Part shown: piece by piece, positions 7,628 to 17,397 of the stretch
Layout of the letters: every line of letters begins with the position of its first letter
How positions within the stretch are numbered: the first letter of the stretch is position 1
Assembly: GCA_964530615.1 (NCBI GenBank)
Contig: CAZHAR010000025.1
Location: forward strand, 2,129-66,128
DNA length: 64,000 nt
Reading direction: 5' to 3'
From: an uncultured Planctomycetota bacterium
GTDB lineage: Bacteria > Planctomycetota > JBBTDB01
Program-made: the position numbers and the translations under genes
The notes under the pieces: model-generated
The model's database searches: none
Told to the model about the DNA's origin: nothing
The model's input: only the letters and a program-made list of their open reading frames with translations

Positions 7628-8335
7628 TTATAGCCGAACCAGAATTAAAGTGATATTGTCACGTCCACCAGCGTTTTTGGCTGTTTCTAGCAAAGTTTTT
7701 CCTTGAATGGAGAGGTCTTGTTCTTTCTGCATTATTTCTAAGATTTCGTTGTCCGTGAGTTCTCCGACTAATCCATCCGTACAGAGAAGAAATCGATCGC
7801 CTGTTTGTATTGTATCGCTAAATAGCTCCGGGACAACTAGATCTTTTCCAACAGTGCGTGTCAGTAGGCTTCGGTTTGGATGATGACGGAGCGCTTCCTT
7901 AGAAATAGAGCCATAACGATAGAGTTCAAAAGCGACCGTATGATCCTGAGTTATTTGCTGAAGGTGATTATTTCGCAGTAAATAAGCGCGACTATCTCCC
8001 ACTTGAGCCACCGTATAAGTGGAGGTTGTCAAATAAAGAAGAGTCAAAGTGGTCGCCATTCCTCGATAATGGGGGGAAGTTTTTGATTTCTCATCAATTT
8101 TTTGGGATGTTTTTCGAATCGCAGAAATGAGCCATAAACGAAGATCTGGCGGAGGCGCTCCCCGAAGAAATTCGGGAAGATGATCGACGAGCATTTGACT
8201 CGCGACTTCTCCGGCCTTGCTCCCGCCGATTCCATCTGAAAGCAAATAAATTCCACGCTCTGGAGAAATCCAATAGCGGTCTTCATTATGGGTTGTGAGG
8301 CATCCGGAATCCGTGAACGCGATCGATTGTGGCAT
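7628..8335 (-). CDS. PP2C/PPM-family Ser/Thr protein phosphatase (Stp1/PrpC-like)
   Basis: Motifs NEDR, LSDGIGG, QVGDSRAY, LCTDGL and GGRDNIT. Confidence 0.92.
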   Translation of the reverse strand: MPQSIAFTDSGCLTTHNEDRYWISPERGIYLLSDGIGGSKAGEVASQMLVDHLPEFLRGAPPPDLRLWLISAIRKTSQKIDEKSKTSPHYRGMATTLTLLYLTTSTYTVAQVGDSRAYLLRNNHLQQITQDHTVAFELYRYGSISKEALRHHPNRSLLTRTVGKDLVVPELFSDTIQTGDRFLLCTDGLVGELTDNEILEIMQKEQDLSIQGKTLLETAKNAGGRDNITLILVRL

Positions 8336-8460
8336 TTTTTCTTCCTAGACAAATTCGTTTAACCAACCGCGTTTTAGTTTAATTCATTTTAAAAAAAATA
8401 GTTAACGCAAAACAGAAGTTCTCGTTTGCCCATATTTCCTTTTTTCTTATTGATTAAAAT

Positions 8461-8778
8461 GTGTTAACTGATTCAATAAGAACAGGAAAGAGGCATCGCA
8501 TACTCCACAATTATTGGTCACCAAGGGGGTCTATGGGAAATTCATCCACGCAAACACTTCAGAGTTTGACCGGCGATATCGATTTTTTGAAAACTAAATT
8601 AACGCCTCGAAGGCGGGCCATCATTCTACTATGGCTCAAACATGATTTTTCTTATGAAGCGTTATCGAAGGCGTTTCGTATTGATCTGGAAACGGCAAGG
8701 TCTCATACCAAACAAATTTTACAACTGTGGGTCGATTATCGAATGGCTCTGCTTCAAAAAATGGAGGGGGAACAATGA
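8461..8778 (+). CDS. Stand-alone sigma-70 region 4-like HTH protein (start may be ATG 8533)
   Basis: LTPRRRAIILLWLKHDFSYEALSKAFRIDLETARSHTKQI fits the ECF sigma region 4 pattern. The ORF is at most 105 aa, too short to include region 2. Confidence 0.65.
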   Translation: MLTDSIRTGKRHRILHNYWSPRGSMGNSSTQTLQSLTGDIDFLKTKLTPRRRAIILLWLKHDFSYEALSKAFRIDLETARSHTKQILQLWVDYRMALLQKMEGEQ

Positions 8779-10394
8779 GTTGCGAAGAATTGGCTCGACA
8801 TCAAAGACTTTTGTTGCTTCCAGAGAATTATCCGTGGAACGAAATGGAACTGGAGCTCAAAAATAGGCTGATCGGCCATAAAAAAGAATGTGTCCCGTGC
8901 CAGCAAAAAGTCTCCCTGCTTTTACAAGATTTCAAGGGATTTAAAGGAAATCTGAAAAAAATCGAACCCGAACAAATATTTCAACGAAATCGTAAAGAGG
9001 ATAATCAGGAAATTCTTCTTTTCAAAAATATTCTTTTGAAAAAAGAACTGGATCAAACTCAACGGCTCCGTGAATACCGTCAAACCTGGTTTGGAGGATT
9101 TTTAATATTTTTCTTTTTGTGTTTGTTACTGTGGATGAATTTTTGGGAAAGTTTGCCAAACGAAATCCGCATCGCAACCGCAATTCAGACCGGACTCTAT
9201 TATCAATTCGGAAATGAATTTAAAGAACATCTGGAACAATGGACAAACGAAACCGTTTCTGTTCTTGAAACAAAAGGGACGGCCGAAAATTGTCAGTTGT
9301 TGCATGAAAAAAAAGTTAATTTGGCCATATTACAAGCGGGTGCTGGAGATATGGAGGGAATTTCAGCCCTCGCTCCGCTTTATCATGATGTCATTCATGT
9401 TATTGTTCGCCAAAAGAGCAATATTCAGACCCTAGACGATTTAAAAGGAAAAAACGTTAGTTTGGGGCCAGAAGGCTCCGGAATGCGAAATAGCGCCCTT
9501 CAGATTCTGAAGCATTATGGGATTGATCCGACCTCCTTAAAAAATACAGAGCGTTATTTTTTAACACTACTCAAAGAGCCAGAGATGGACGCCGCTATTG
9601 TCACCACAGGGATGACTAACAAAGCTCTTTTGACATTACTGGAGAGCGGAGAGTTTCAATTGCTTCCGGTTCTCGATTTTGAAGCACTTGCGATGAAATA
9701 TTTTTATCTGACGCCTCTCAAGATTCCCCGAAGTATCTACGCGCCCAATGTTCCAGCACAATCCATTGAAACCGTTGGGACAACGGCCTTTTTAGCGGCA
9801 AGAACAGATGCCTCCAATATTCTGGTCGAAAAAACATTAGGGGCACTCTATGAAAGTTATCAACCCTTGGGAACCCTCGTGATGCCACTGGAAAAAGCCA
9901 AGAATGTTTGGACTATTCCGCTTCATCCTGCAGTCCAAATCTATCGAGATCCCTACCGAGGCATTGGATTATTAGGAGACTTTCTAGAGTGGCTCGCCGC
10001 GCTCAAGGAAGTGATTTTTGCCTTCTTTGCTTCGGGCTATTTCTTTTGGACTTGGAAGCAGAAAATTAAAGAAAATAAAGAAAAACAGATCCTATTAACG
10101 CAACAAAGCCAACTTAGCTTGCTAATGAACGAAGTGATCGCAGTTGAACGCGCCCATATGGAAACCAATGATCCTATCTTATTGAAACAATATCTAGATG
10201 AAGTGACAAACATTAAACTTCAAGCCCTCGATGATCTGACACATGGCCATCTTCGTGGAGATGATTTATTTTCCATCTTTTTAACGCAATGTACAGGAGT
10301 GATTCGGAAGATTCAGGAAAAATGTATCTTCCACTTCAAGGCTCAACAAGATCCGGGCCTTCAAAAAATACTCGAAGATCCACGATTATCGTAA
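8775..10394 (+). CDS. ZAS (zf-HC2) anti-sigma-like domain fused via a TM helix to a TAXI-family TRAP solute-binding domain with a C-terminal TM and helical tail
   Basis: The ATG at 8775 overlaps the upstream stop (ATGA) and has RBS GGAGGGGG. HKKECVPC is an HX3CX2C motif. TAXI motifs include GLYYQFG, GTAENCQLL and LKGKNVSLGPEGSG. Confidence 0.8.
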   Translation: MSCEELARHQRLLLLPENYPWNEMELELKNRLIGHKKECVPCQQKVSLLLQDFKGFKGNLKKIEPEQIFQRNRKEDNQEILLFKNILLKKELDQTQRLREYRQTWFGGFLIFFFLCLLLWMNFWESLPNEIRIATAIQTGLYYQFGNEFKEHLEQWTNETVSVLETKGTAENCQLLHEKKVNLAILQAGAGDMEGISALAPLYHDVIHVIVRQKSNIQTLDDLKGKNVSLGPEGSGMRNSALQILKHYGIDPTSLKNTERYFLTLLKEPEMDAAIVTTGMTNKALLTLLESGEFQLLPVLDFEALAMKYFYLTPLKIPRSIYAPNVPAQSIETVGTTAFLAARTDASNILVEKTLGALYESYQPLGTLVMPLEKAKNVWTIPLHPAVQIYRDPYRGIGLLGDFLEWLAALKEVIFAFFASGYFFWTWKQKIKENKEKQILLTQQSQLSLLMNEVIAVERAHMETNDPILLKQYLDEVTNIKLQALDDLTHGHLRGDDLFSIFLTQCTGVIRKIQEKCIFHFKAQQDPGLQKILEDPRLS

Positions 10395-10395
10395 A

Positions 10396-11682
10396 ATGAC
10401 CCAAACCTCTGAAAATAAAATCAAACAAGGAGAAGCTATGTCTTCCGATAAAAAAAAATCTCTCTTAAAGATTATAGGGCCCGGGATGTTGATTGCGGCA
10501 ACGGGTGTGGGCGCTGGCGATCTCGCTACCGCCGCTTTTACCGGGAACAAACTCGGAGTCGCCATTTTGTGGGCAGTTCTATTGGGTGCTTTTTTTAAAT
10601 ATGTTCTGAATGAGGGACTCACGCGATGGCAGTTAGTGACTGGGGAAACCATCCTGGAAGGAGCCATGAAACGTTTTGGGAAACCCGTACAAATCGGTTT
10701 TATGATCTACTTTCTGGTTTGGAGCTTTTTGGTCGCCGCCGCCTTAATGAGTGCTTGTGGAGCGGTGACACATGCTCTTTTTCCGATATTTCAAGATGCC
10801 AATACGGCGAAAATCGTTTTTGGAGTCGTTCATAGTCTTTTGGGATTGATCCTTGTTAAAGTCGGAGGATATGGCCTTTTTGAAGCACTGATGGGGATAA
10901 TGACGGGCATGATGTTTTTTACAGTGGTGATTTCTGCGATTCTGTTAAAACCGGATCTGGCCCAAATTGCCGTTGGACTCGTTTATCCCACCCTTCCCCA
11001 TTTTACGGATGGCGGGGTAGGCTGGACTATTGCCTTAATGGGCGGAGTTGGCGGAACCGTCACCATTCTCTGTTATGGATACTGGATTCGTGAAGAAGAA
11101 CGGCTTTCTATCGAGGATCTTCCCGTATGTCGTATCGATTTAGCGGTGGGTTATGTGATGACCGCTATTTTTGGACTAGCGATGGTGGTGATTGGAAGCC
11201 AAATTGATGTCCCTGAAGGAAGCGGATCGGGTCTTGTGATCAAGCTTGCTGGAAAGCTTGAGAGCGAAATTGGCGCTTTCGGGAAATGGGGCTTTTTAAT
11301 TGGGGCCTGGAGCACTGTTTTTACCAGTCTCTTTGGAGTGTGGCAAAGCGTTCCTTACCTGTTTAGCGATCAATGGAACCTCTTAACGGCAAAAGGGGCG
11401 GAGCTGAAAAAAGTGGACATTCGATCCAAATCCTATCGATATTATCTCTATGCGATTACTTTTGTTCCAATGTTCGGCCTCTGGGTAGGATTTAGCAAGA
11501 TGCAAAAATTGTACGCGATGGTGGGAGCCTGCTTTATGCCGATGCTGGCAATCACGCTACTGATTTTAAATACACCGAGCAAGTGGATGGGAGAGCGCTA
11601 TAAGAATCGTCCAGCGACGATTGTGATTTTGAGTTTTATTTTGATCTTTTTTATTGCCGCTGGATTTTATTCTCAAGATTAA
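10396..11682 (+). CDS. Nramp/APC-superfamily divalent metal ion transporter-like protein
   Basis: GPGMLIAATGVGAGDL motif and about 11 TM helices. Confidence 0.8.
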   Translation: MTQTSENKIKQGEAMSSDKKKSLLKIIGPGMLIAATGVGAGDLATAAFTGNKLGVAILWAVLLGAFFKYVLNEGLTRWQLVTGETILEGAMKRFGKPVQIGFMIYFLVWSFLVAAALMSACGAVTHALFPIFQDANTAKIVFGVVHSLLGLILVKVGGYGLFEALMGIMTGMMFFTVVISAILLKPDLAQIAVGLVYPTLPHFTDGGVGWTIALMGGVGGTVTILCYGYWIREEERLSIEDLPVCRIDLAVGYVMTAIFGLAMVVIGSQIDVPEGSGSGLVIKLAGKLESEIGAFGKWGFLIGAWSTVFTSLFGVWQSVPYLFSDQWNLLTAKGAELKKVDIRSKSYRYYLYAITFVPMFGLWVGFSKMQKLYAMVGACFMPMLAITLLILNTPSKWMGERYKNRPATIVILSFILIFFIAAGFYSQD

Positions 11683-12749
11683 ACAGGAACGCGCCATTTA
11701 AAGGGGTCGGGCCCCAAGCCATATTGAATGTTGGTGAGTTCTTCAAACAACTTTTTGGCAACGGGTCCGCTTTCTCCGCTTCCCACTTGAACCTGTTGAT
11801 CTTTATAGATAAAGGTTCCTACAGAAGCGATGACGGCGGCGGTTCCACAGCCAAAGATTTCAGTGATATACCCGGATTTGATGCCATCCATAATTTCTTG
11901 AATACGCAATTTACGTTCGACGGCTTCATAACCCAAATGAGGGCCGAGTTTCAATAACGAATCGCGGGTCACGCCCGCAAGAATGGAGCCGCTCAAGAGT
12001 GGCGTTACCAAACGTTTTCCTTCTTCAACAAAGAAGATATTCATCGCCCCCACTTCTTCGATTATGGCGTTTTCCTTAGCATCCAGCCACAAAATCTGTT
12101 GGCAATCGAATTTTTCTGTAACGAATTTGGTGGGAAGCAAACTGGCGGCATAGTTTCCGCCTGTTTTCGCGGCACCAGTCCCGCCAGCGCAGGCGCGATG
12201 ATATTTTTCTTCCACATAAATTTTGACGGAAGTAAAATCGGATTTGAAGTAAGAACCCACGGGCGAAAGGATGATCAGAAAGAGAAATTCGGAAGAAGAT
12301 TTCACTTTAATGCTGGGTTCTGTGCCAATCATCATAGGGCGGATATAAAGGGCCGGACCCTTTCCTTCATTAGGAACCCATCGTTGTTCTTGTTTGATGA
12401 GTGTTTTCAAAGCTTCAATAAAATCCGCTTCTGGAAATTCAGGCATACACATTCGGGGAGCGGAGGCATTTAATCTTTTTGCGTTCATCTCGGGACGGAA
12501 AAGATAAACCTGATCCTTGGAGCGATAGGCCTTCATTCCTTCAAAAATTTCCTGAGAATAATGCAACACAACCGCCGCCGGAGAGAGCGAAATCGGACCA
12601 AATGGAACAATTTTGTAATCTTGCCACGCGCCATTTTTATAAGTGGCCTGAAACATTCGATCCGTAAAGACGCTTCCAAATACAATATTTTTAGTGGAAA
12701 TTGGAACGGGTTTAAGTTTTTCTGGCGGAATCGGTTCGATCGGAATCAT
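11679..12749 (-). CDS. ilvE: Branched-chain amino acid aminotransferase
   Basis: Motifs HYSQEIFEGMKAY, LYIRP, KTGGNYAASL, EEVGAMNIF and ILAGVTRDS. Confidence 0.95.
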   Translation of the reverse strand: MIPIEPIPPEKLKPVPISTKNIVFGSVFTDRMFQATYKNGAWQDYKIVPFGPISLSPAAVVLHYSQEIFEGMKAYRSKDQVYLFRPEMNAKRLNASAPRMCMPEFPEADFIEALKTLIKQEQRWVPNEGKGPALYIRPMMIGTEPSIKVKSSSEFLFLIILSPVGSYFKSDFTSVKIYVEEKYHRACAGGTGAAKTGGNYAASLLPTKFVTEKFDCQQILWLDAKENAIIEEVGAMNIFFVEEGKRLVTPLLSGSILAGVTRDSLLKLGPHLGYEAVERKLRIQEIMDGIKSGYITEIFGCGTAAVIASVGTFIYKDQQVQVGSGESGPVAKKLFEELTNIQYGLGPDPFKWRVPV

Positions 12750-12769
12750 AAGTCTTCCCTTCCTCTAAT

Positions 12770-15700
12770 CTATGGTTGATACGTAAAACAATAACGAAAC
12801 CCTATCGTTAAATGAAAATAATCTTGTGGACCATTGGTACGAAAGGCACATTCCAGACCAATGGGCGTCAATCCCCAAGCGTTTCCCCGAATGATATGTA
12901 GAACCTCCCGTTCTTTTTCTTGGTTCGCGGACTTTGCACTTTCTGGATCAAAAAAACCTTCAACCCATTCCGCCACACTTCCTGCCAGATGATGAACTCC
13001 AAAAGGAGACTCATCTTTAGTTTTGTTTTCATCCTTATTTTCCAGTTCCGACCAACTCATTCCTCCATAGCCCTGCGTCAATCGAGCAAATTCTGGATGG
13101 AAATGGTTTCCCCAACTATATTTTCGACCATCGACTCCACGAGCGGCCAGTTCCCATTCTTCTTCGTTAGGGAGTCGGTAAGGTTTTTGATCTCGTTGGG
13201 ATATCCAGGCGATATAGGCTTGAGTATCCAAATAAGAAATGCCACCCAATGGAAGCGATTTCCAATTTTTCCAAGCGTTCCAAGTCTGTAATTCAAAAAC
13301 TTTTAGTATAGAGAGTTTAGAATCATATTCCAACCCTAAAGAAATATTTTTTTCAACAAGTTTCCAGGAAGTTTCCGTCAAAGAGGTTATTTTTGTTGAA
13401 TCTTCAAGCGGTTTTTTATTTTTTTCAACAAGCATTTCTTTTAGGGGGGATGGAATTTTTCCCTGTTTCAGATCCTGTGAAAAATTTTCGTTCCAAGCAC
13501 ACGAAAATAAGGGTGCCGGAATGAGTTTAGGGTTATACTTCAAAAATTTTCCTTTATCTGTCTTTTGTGGCTTCCCTTCTTGATCTTTGTGGATTTCTAG
13601 GAGTTTCCATTTAAAGCTTCGCGGAATTCTTTGTTCCGCTTCCTCAAATTTTTCAGACTCGCAGAGGTGTTCCAAAAATTCGGTATATTCGACTAGAGGG
13701 ACTTCTTCTGTTTTCAAAAAAAACCCGTCTTTGGTTTTTTTCCAGAGTTGAGCGCCTGCGCCTGCGGAGGATTCTCCACCCGATAAAAATCGCATCTGCG
13801 GAATATAAGTAAACCCTGGAACGGCTTGAGTTTTCGGAATCATCCCAACAACCAAAGGTTCTAACGGTTTTGGCTGAAGTTCTGGATGTTGGATCCATAC
13901 AGGAACCCTTAATATCAGGAAATCTGGATTTTTCAAGATGGCTAGATAGCTTCCCGGTTCTAAATCGGCGAGGATGAGTTTTCCTGTCGCATCTGTTTCT
14001 CCCCAAAGAGATTCCAGCGCTAAAGAGAGTTCATAAAAAGAATTCTCAATCACTTCTTTGGTTTCAATTGGGTTCTGAGAGAGTGCTTTCGGGTTTGTAT
14101 AAGGAGTTGGGTTCAAATACCTGTCTTTTTCTAGATAGCGGAACAAATACACTTTTGTTTTTGGCTGAGTTTGGAGAGTGAAGTTTTGTCGGCCTTCAAT
14201 CTTTTTTTCAAAATCACTGCCAGCGTAAGCGGTTCCAAGGTAATCTTGAAGGTCATATCGAGAGGAATAAACGAGTTGATCATTTTTCTGAGTTAGGCCA
14301 ATTTTCCAGAGTTTAAACGAAATCTCTGCAAGTTTTTGTCTGGCTTGTAGATGATGAAAATCGAAATCCAGCACTTTGCGATAGGCTTCCAGAATTTCCC
14401 GATATTTGTTGGATAACAGAGTCTGCTGATCCATTTTTTTGTAGAGATCCGTGGTTTGTTTGGGGAGTCCTGCTTCCCAGGTTTCGATTTTTTGAGACAG
14501 CGCATCCCCTGCCTTCAGATAGTCCTGAATCACGGAACGGTGATATTGATTCCAGAGAACTGTTAAAGAAACGAGGAGCAGTACAAAGGAGAGCGTCATC
14601 CATTTTAACGCAGTGGCATGGCGATGCGCTTTCCTGCGAAGTTTTCGCCCTAGCGAATCGGGCAAGGCGGAAACTTCTTTTCCTTCGAGGAAGCACTGCA
14701 CATCCTTAATCATAGCCGCAACCGAAGGATATCGATTTTCTTTTTCTTTTTCGAGTGCCTTCAGGGTAATCGCAACGAGTTCACGAGGAAGATGGCGAAT
14801 AATTTTTTCTGGAGAGAGAACGGGTTCATTCACCACCTGAGCCAGAACCGTTCGGACATCGCCTTTCGTGCCAAACGGAGGTTGCAAAGTCAACAGTTCG
14901 TATAAGATAGCGCCAAGACTATAGATATCGCTTCGTTCGTCAAGACTTTCAACTTCGCCTAAAGCTTGTTCTGGAGGCATATAAGCAGGGGTTCCGACCA
15001 CGGAGCCTAACATCGTTTTTGATCCATGAGTTTGACGAACGGTTTCAACGGCGTCGGTACTCGTAGGCAAATTTTCTTTTTTTCCAAGAACCTTCGCTAA
15101 ACCCCAATCCATCACAATGACTTCACCAAAGGCGCCCATCATAATATTTCCAGGCTTGAGATCCCGATGAATCACTCGTTTGGAATGAGCGAAACTGAGG
15201 GCATGTCCGATTTGTTGAAAAATTTGTAAAAATCGTGTCAACGAAAATTCTTCTCCGTGAAAAGTGGCTGATTTTTTTTCGCGTAAAATATCTTCCAGCG
15301 TTTTCCCCTTGATAAATTTCATGGTAAAGAAAAGATTTCCTTCTATATCCAGTCCGATATCGTGAATGGGAATAATATTAGGATGTTCTAGTTGTCCAGT
15401 GGTTTGGGCCTCTTCCGCAAACCGCTCCAAAATTTCTTGTTGTTTCTGATATTGAGGTAAAATATATTTTCGGGCAATGTGGCGGTTCAGATCGTTATCT
15501 TTTACGAGATCGACACGGCCCATTCCTCCTTCAGCAATTTCTTGAATATAAGTATATTTATCCGAAGTGATCGGCGAGGCACTGATATTTTGTTTTTGAG
15601 ATAAATCGAGGCTCTGGCGCAAGAATTTTTTCGCAAAGAGTTCATAAATAACGCTAGGATGCTTACTGACTTTTTTTACAGGCGGATTTTTAGGGGAGGT

Positions 15701-15943
15701 TCCGGGAGGTTTTTTGAAAAGAGAAGAAGCGGATTTCGGCGAAAGCGGGTGGGAAGGCGTTAGAATCGTTTTCGATTCGTGGATATCAGAAGGTGAAGCG
15801 GAATTGATCAGGACGGTCGCGTTCGTTTCTGGGGAAGGAACCTCAATGATTGTTTGGATCGGATTGAGCTCTTTTCCCGGAGTAGGAATCCCCGATGAAC
15901 TGGGTTGAGCAGACGGGGTATTTAATAGATTGGGATCGGTCAT
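12770..15943 (-). CDS. Hanks-type Ser/Thr protein kinase with a TM helix and a C-terminal FGE-sulfatase (SUMF1) domain
   Basis: Kinase motifs IAEGGMGRV, HRDLKPGNIM, DWGLAK and GTPAYMPPEQ. FGE motifs YRLPNEEEWELAARG and RGNAW...GFR. Confidence 0.92.
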   Translation of the reverse strand: MTDPNLLNTPSAQPSSSGIPTPGKELNPIQTIIEVPSPETNATVLINSASPSDIHESKTILTPSHPLSPKSASSLFKKPPGTSPKNPPVKKVSKHPSVIYELFAKKFLRQSLDLSQKQNISASPITSDKYTYIQEIAEGGMGRVDLVKDNDLNRHIARKYILPQYQKQQEILERFAEEAQTTGQLEHPNIIPIHDIGLDIEGNLFFTMKFIKGKTLEDILREKKSATFHGEEFSLTRFLQIFQQIGHALSFAHSKRVIHRDLKPGNIMMGAFGEVIVMDWGLAKVLGKKENLPTSTDAVETVRQTHGSKTMLGSVVGTPAYMPPEQALGEVESLDERSDIYSLGAILYELLTLQPPFGTKGDVRTVLAQVVNEPVLSPEKIIRHLPRELVAITLKALEKEKENRYPSVAAMIKDVQCFLEGKEVSALPDSLGRKLRRKAHRHATALKWMTLSFVLLLVSLTVLWNQYHRSVIQDYLKAGDALSQKIETWEAGLPKQTTDLYKKMDQQTLLSNKYREILEAYRKVLDFDFHHLQARQKLAEISFKLWKIGLTQKNDQLVYSSRYDLQDYLGTAYAGSDFEKKIEGRQNFTLQTQPKTKVYLFRYLEKDRYLNPTPYTNPKALSQNPIETKEVIENSFYELSLALESLWGETDATGKLILADLEPGSYLAILKNPDFLILRVPVWIQHPELQPKPLEPLVVGMIPKTQAVPGFTYIPQMRFLSGGESSAGAGAQLWKKTKDGFFLKTEEVPLVEYTEFLEHLCESEKFEEAEQRIPRSFKWKLLEIHKDQEGKPQKTDKGKFLKYNPKLIPAPLFSCAWNENFSQDLKQGKIPSPLKEMLVEKNKKPLEDSTKITSLTETSWKLVEKNISLGLEYDSKLSILKVFELQTWNAWKNWKSLPLGGISYLDTQAYIAWISQRDQKPYRLPNEEEWELAARGVDGRKYSWGNHFHPEFARLTQGYGGMSWSELENKDENKTKDESPFGVHHLAGSVAEWVEGFFDPESAKSANQEKEREVLHIIRGNAWGLTPIGLECAFRTNGPQDYFHLTIGFRYCFTYQP

Positions 15944-16198
15944 AGTTCCCCCTAAAAGAACAGATAAAATAAATCCTAGATTAGGTTAGCCAATTAAGCC
16001 GAATTCTCTTTCGATTGTCAAGTTTTATAAGCATTTCAAAAAAAAATCTCTAGTATTTTAAAAGAACTTTCTGGAAGTCCAAACGTTTAAATCGAAAGAA
16101 GAAACCAAGAATTAAAGTTAACATCCAACAAGATTTAAGGTAAACTCTTAGGGATAATTTCTTCAATGATTAGATAAAAAAATAGAAAAGGACGATTT

Positions 16199-17327
16199 AT
16201 GATTGTTGCCGAAGACTTGAAAAAAAATCTCCAGATTCTCGAAAAAAAAATGATGTCCATCCGAGACTCTCTTTGACGTGGTTCATCGAGAAAAAAATCT
16301 AGAAGAATTTGAACAAAAAATTAACCAATCCGAATTTTGGTCTCATCCTAAAGAAGCACAAAAAGTCATTCAGCAAATGAAGGGGGTCAAAGAACCCCTG
16401 GAAAAATATAAAAAAATTCGTCGGGAGATGGAAGACGTTCAGCTTCTTTTTGATCTGGCTGTCGAAGAATCGGATCAATCCACTTTAAGCGAAGTTCACG
16501 CCTCACTCATTTTGCTTGAAAATCAAATGAATCAAATAGAAATAGCCATTTTATTGGGTGGAGAACATGATTTTCGAAACTGTTTCTTTCAAATTCAATC
16601 GGGGACTGGAGGAACGGACGCCGATGATTTTGTCGAAAAACTCATGCGAATGTATCTTCGTTATTTTGAAGATATGGGCTGGAAAGTGGAACTGATGGAT
16701 CAGATCGATGGAGAAGAAGCCGGCGTGAAATCGGTTTCTTTAAAGGTGATGGGTGAATATGCGTATGGCAAACTCCGCGCGGAACGAGGGGTTCATCGAA
16801 TGGCCCGTGTCAGTCCTTATAACGCGCAAGGAAAGCGTCAAACGTCGTTTGCTTCGGTCCAGATTACTCCTGAATTTGAAGAAACAGATATGGAAATTGA
16901 GGAAAAAGACCTCGATGTCGTGACCTATGCGAAAAGTTCTGGGCCGGGCGGACAAAACGTTAATAAAGTCGCCACCGCGGTCCGAATTACCCACTGTCCA
17001 ACGGGCCTTGTCGTTGCTTGTAGCAATGAACGAAGTCAACTCTCGAATCGTAAAAAAGCGATTGCGCTGTTGCAGGCCAAAATTTATCAACTAGAAGAAG
17101 CGAAACGAGACGCGGCACTCTCGGCTGAAGTCGGAGAAAAAGGAGAAATTAGCTGGGGAAATCAAATTCGAAGCTATATTTTATATGATCGTCGTGTTAA
17201 AGATCATCGTACCGGTTATGAAATTATGAATCCAGAACGAGTTTTCAATGGAGAAGTTGAGGGCTTTATTCAAGCCTATTTAAAGATGAAAGCTCTTGAT
17301 AAAAAAAATTTAGAGAAAAAAAGTTGA
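16199..17327 (+). CDS. prfB: Peptide chain release factor 2 with programmed +1 frameshift
   Basis: ATG 16199 opens 25 codons ending CTT TGA C (16271-16277). The +1 frame continues into an ORF with GPGGQNVNK and SPY motifs. Confidence 0.95.
16271..16277 (+). promoter_or_regulatory. prfB programmed frameshift site CTTTGAC
   Basis: Canonical slippery heptamer at the expected position. Confidence 0.93.
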
Positions 17328-17397
17328 TTTTTTCCAAAGTTATTGGCAATTTATAAATAGCGATCGTTTTCTCCCATTTAGTATAAAAGGAACTTTG

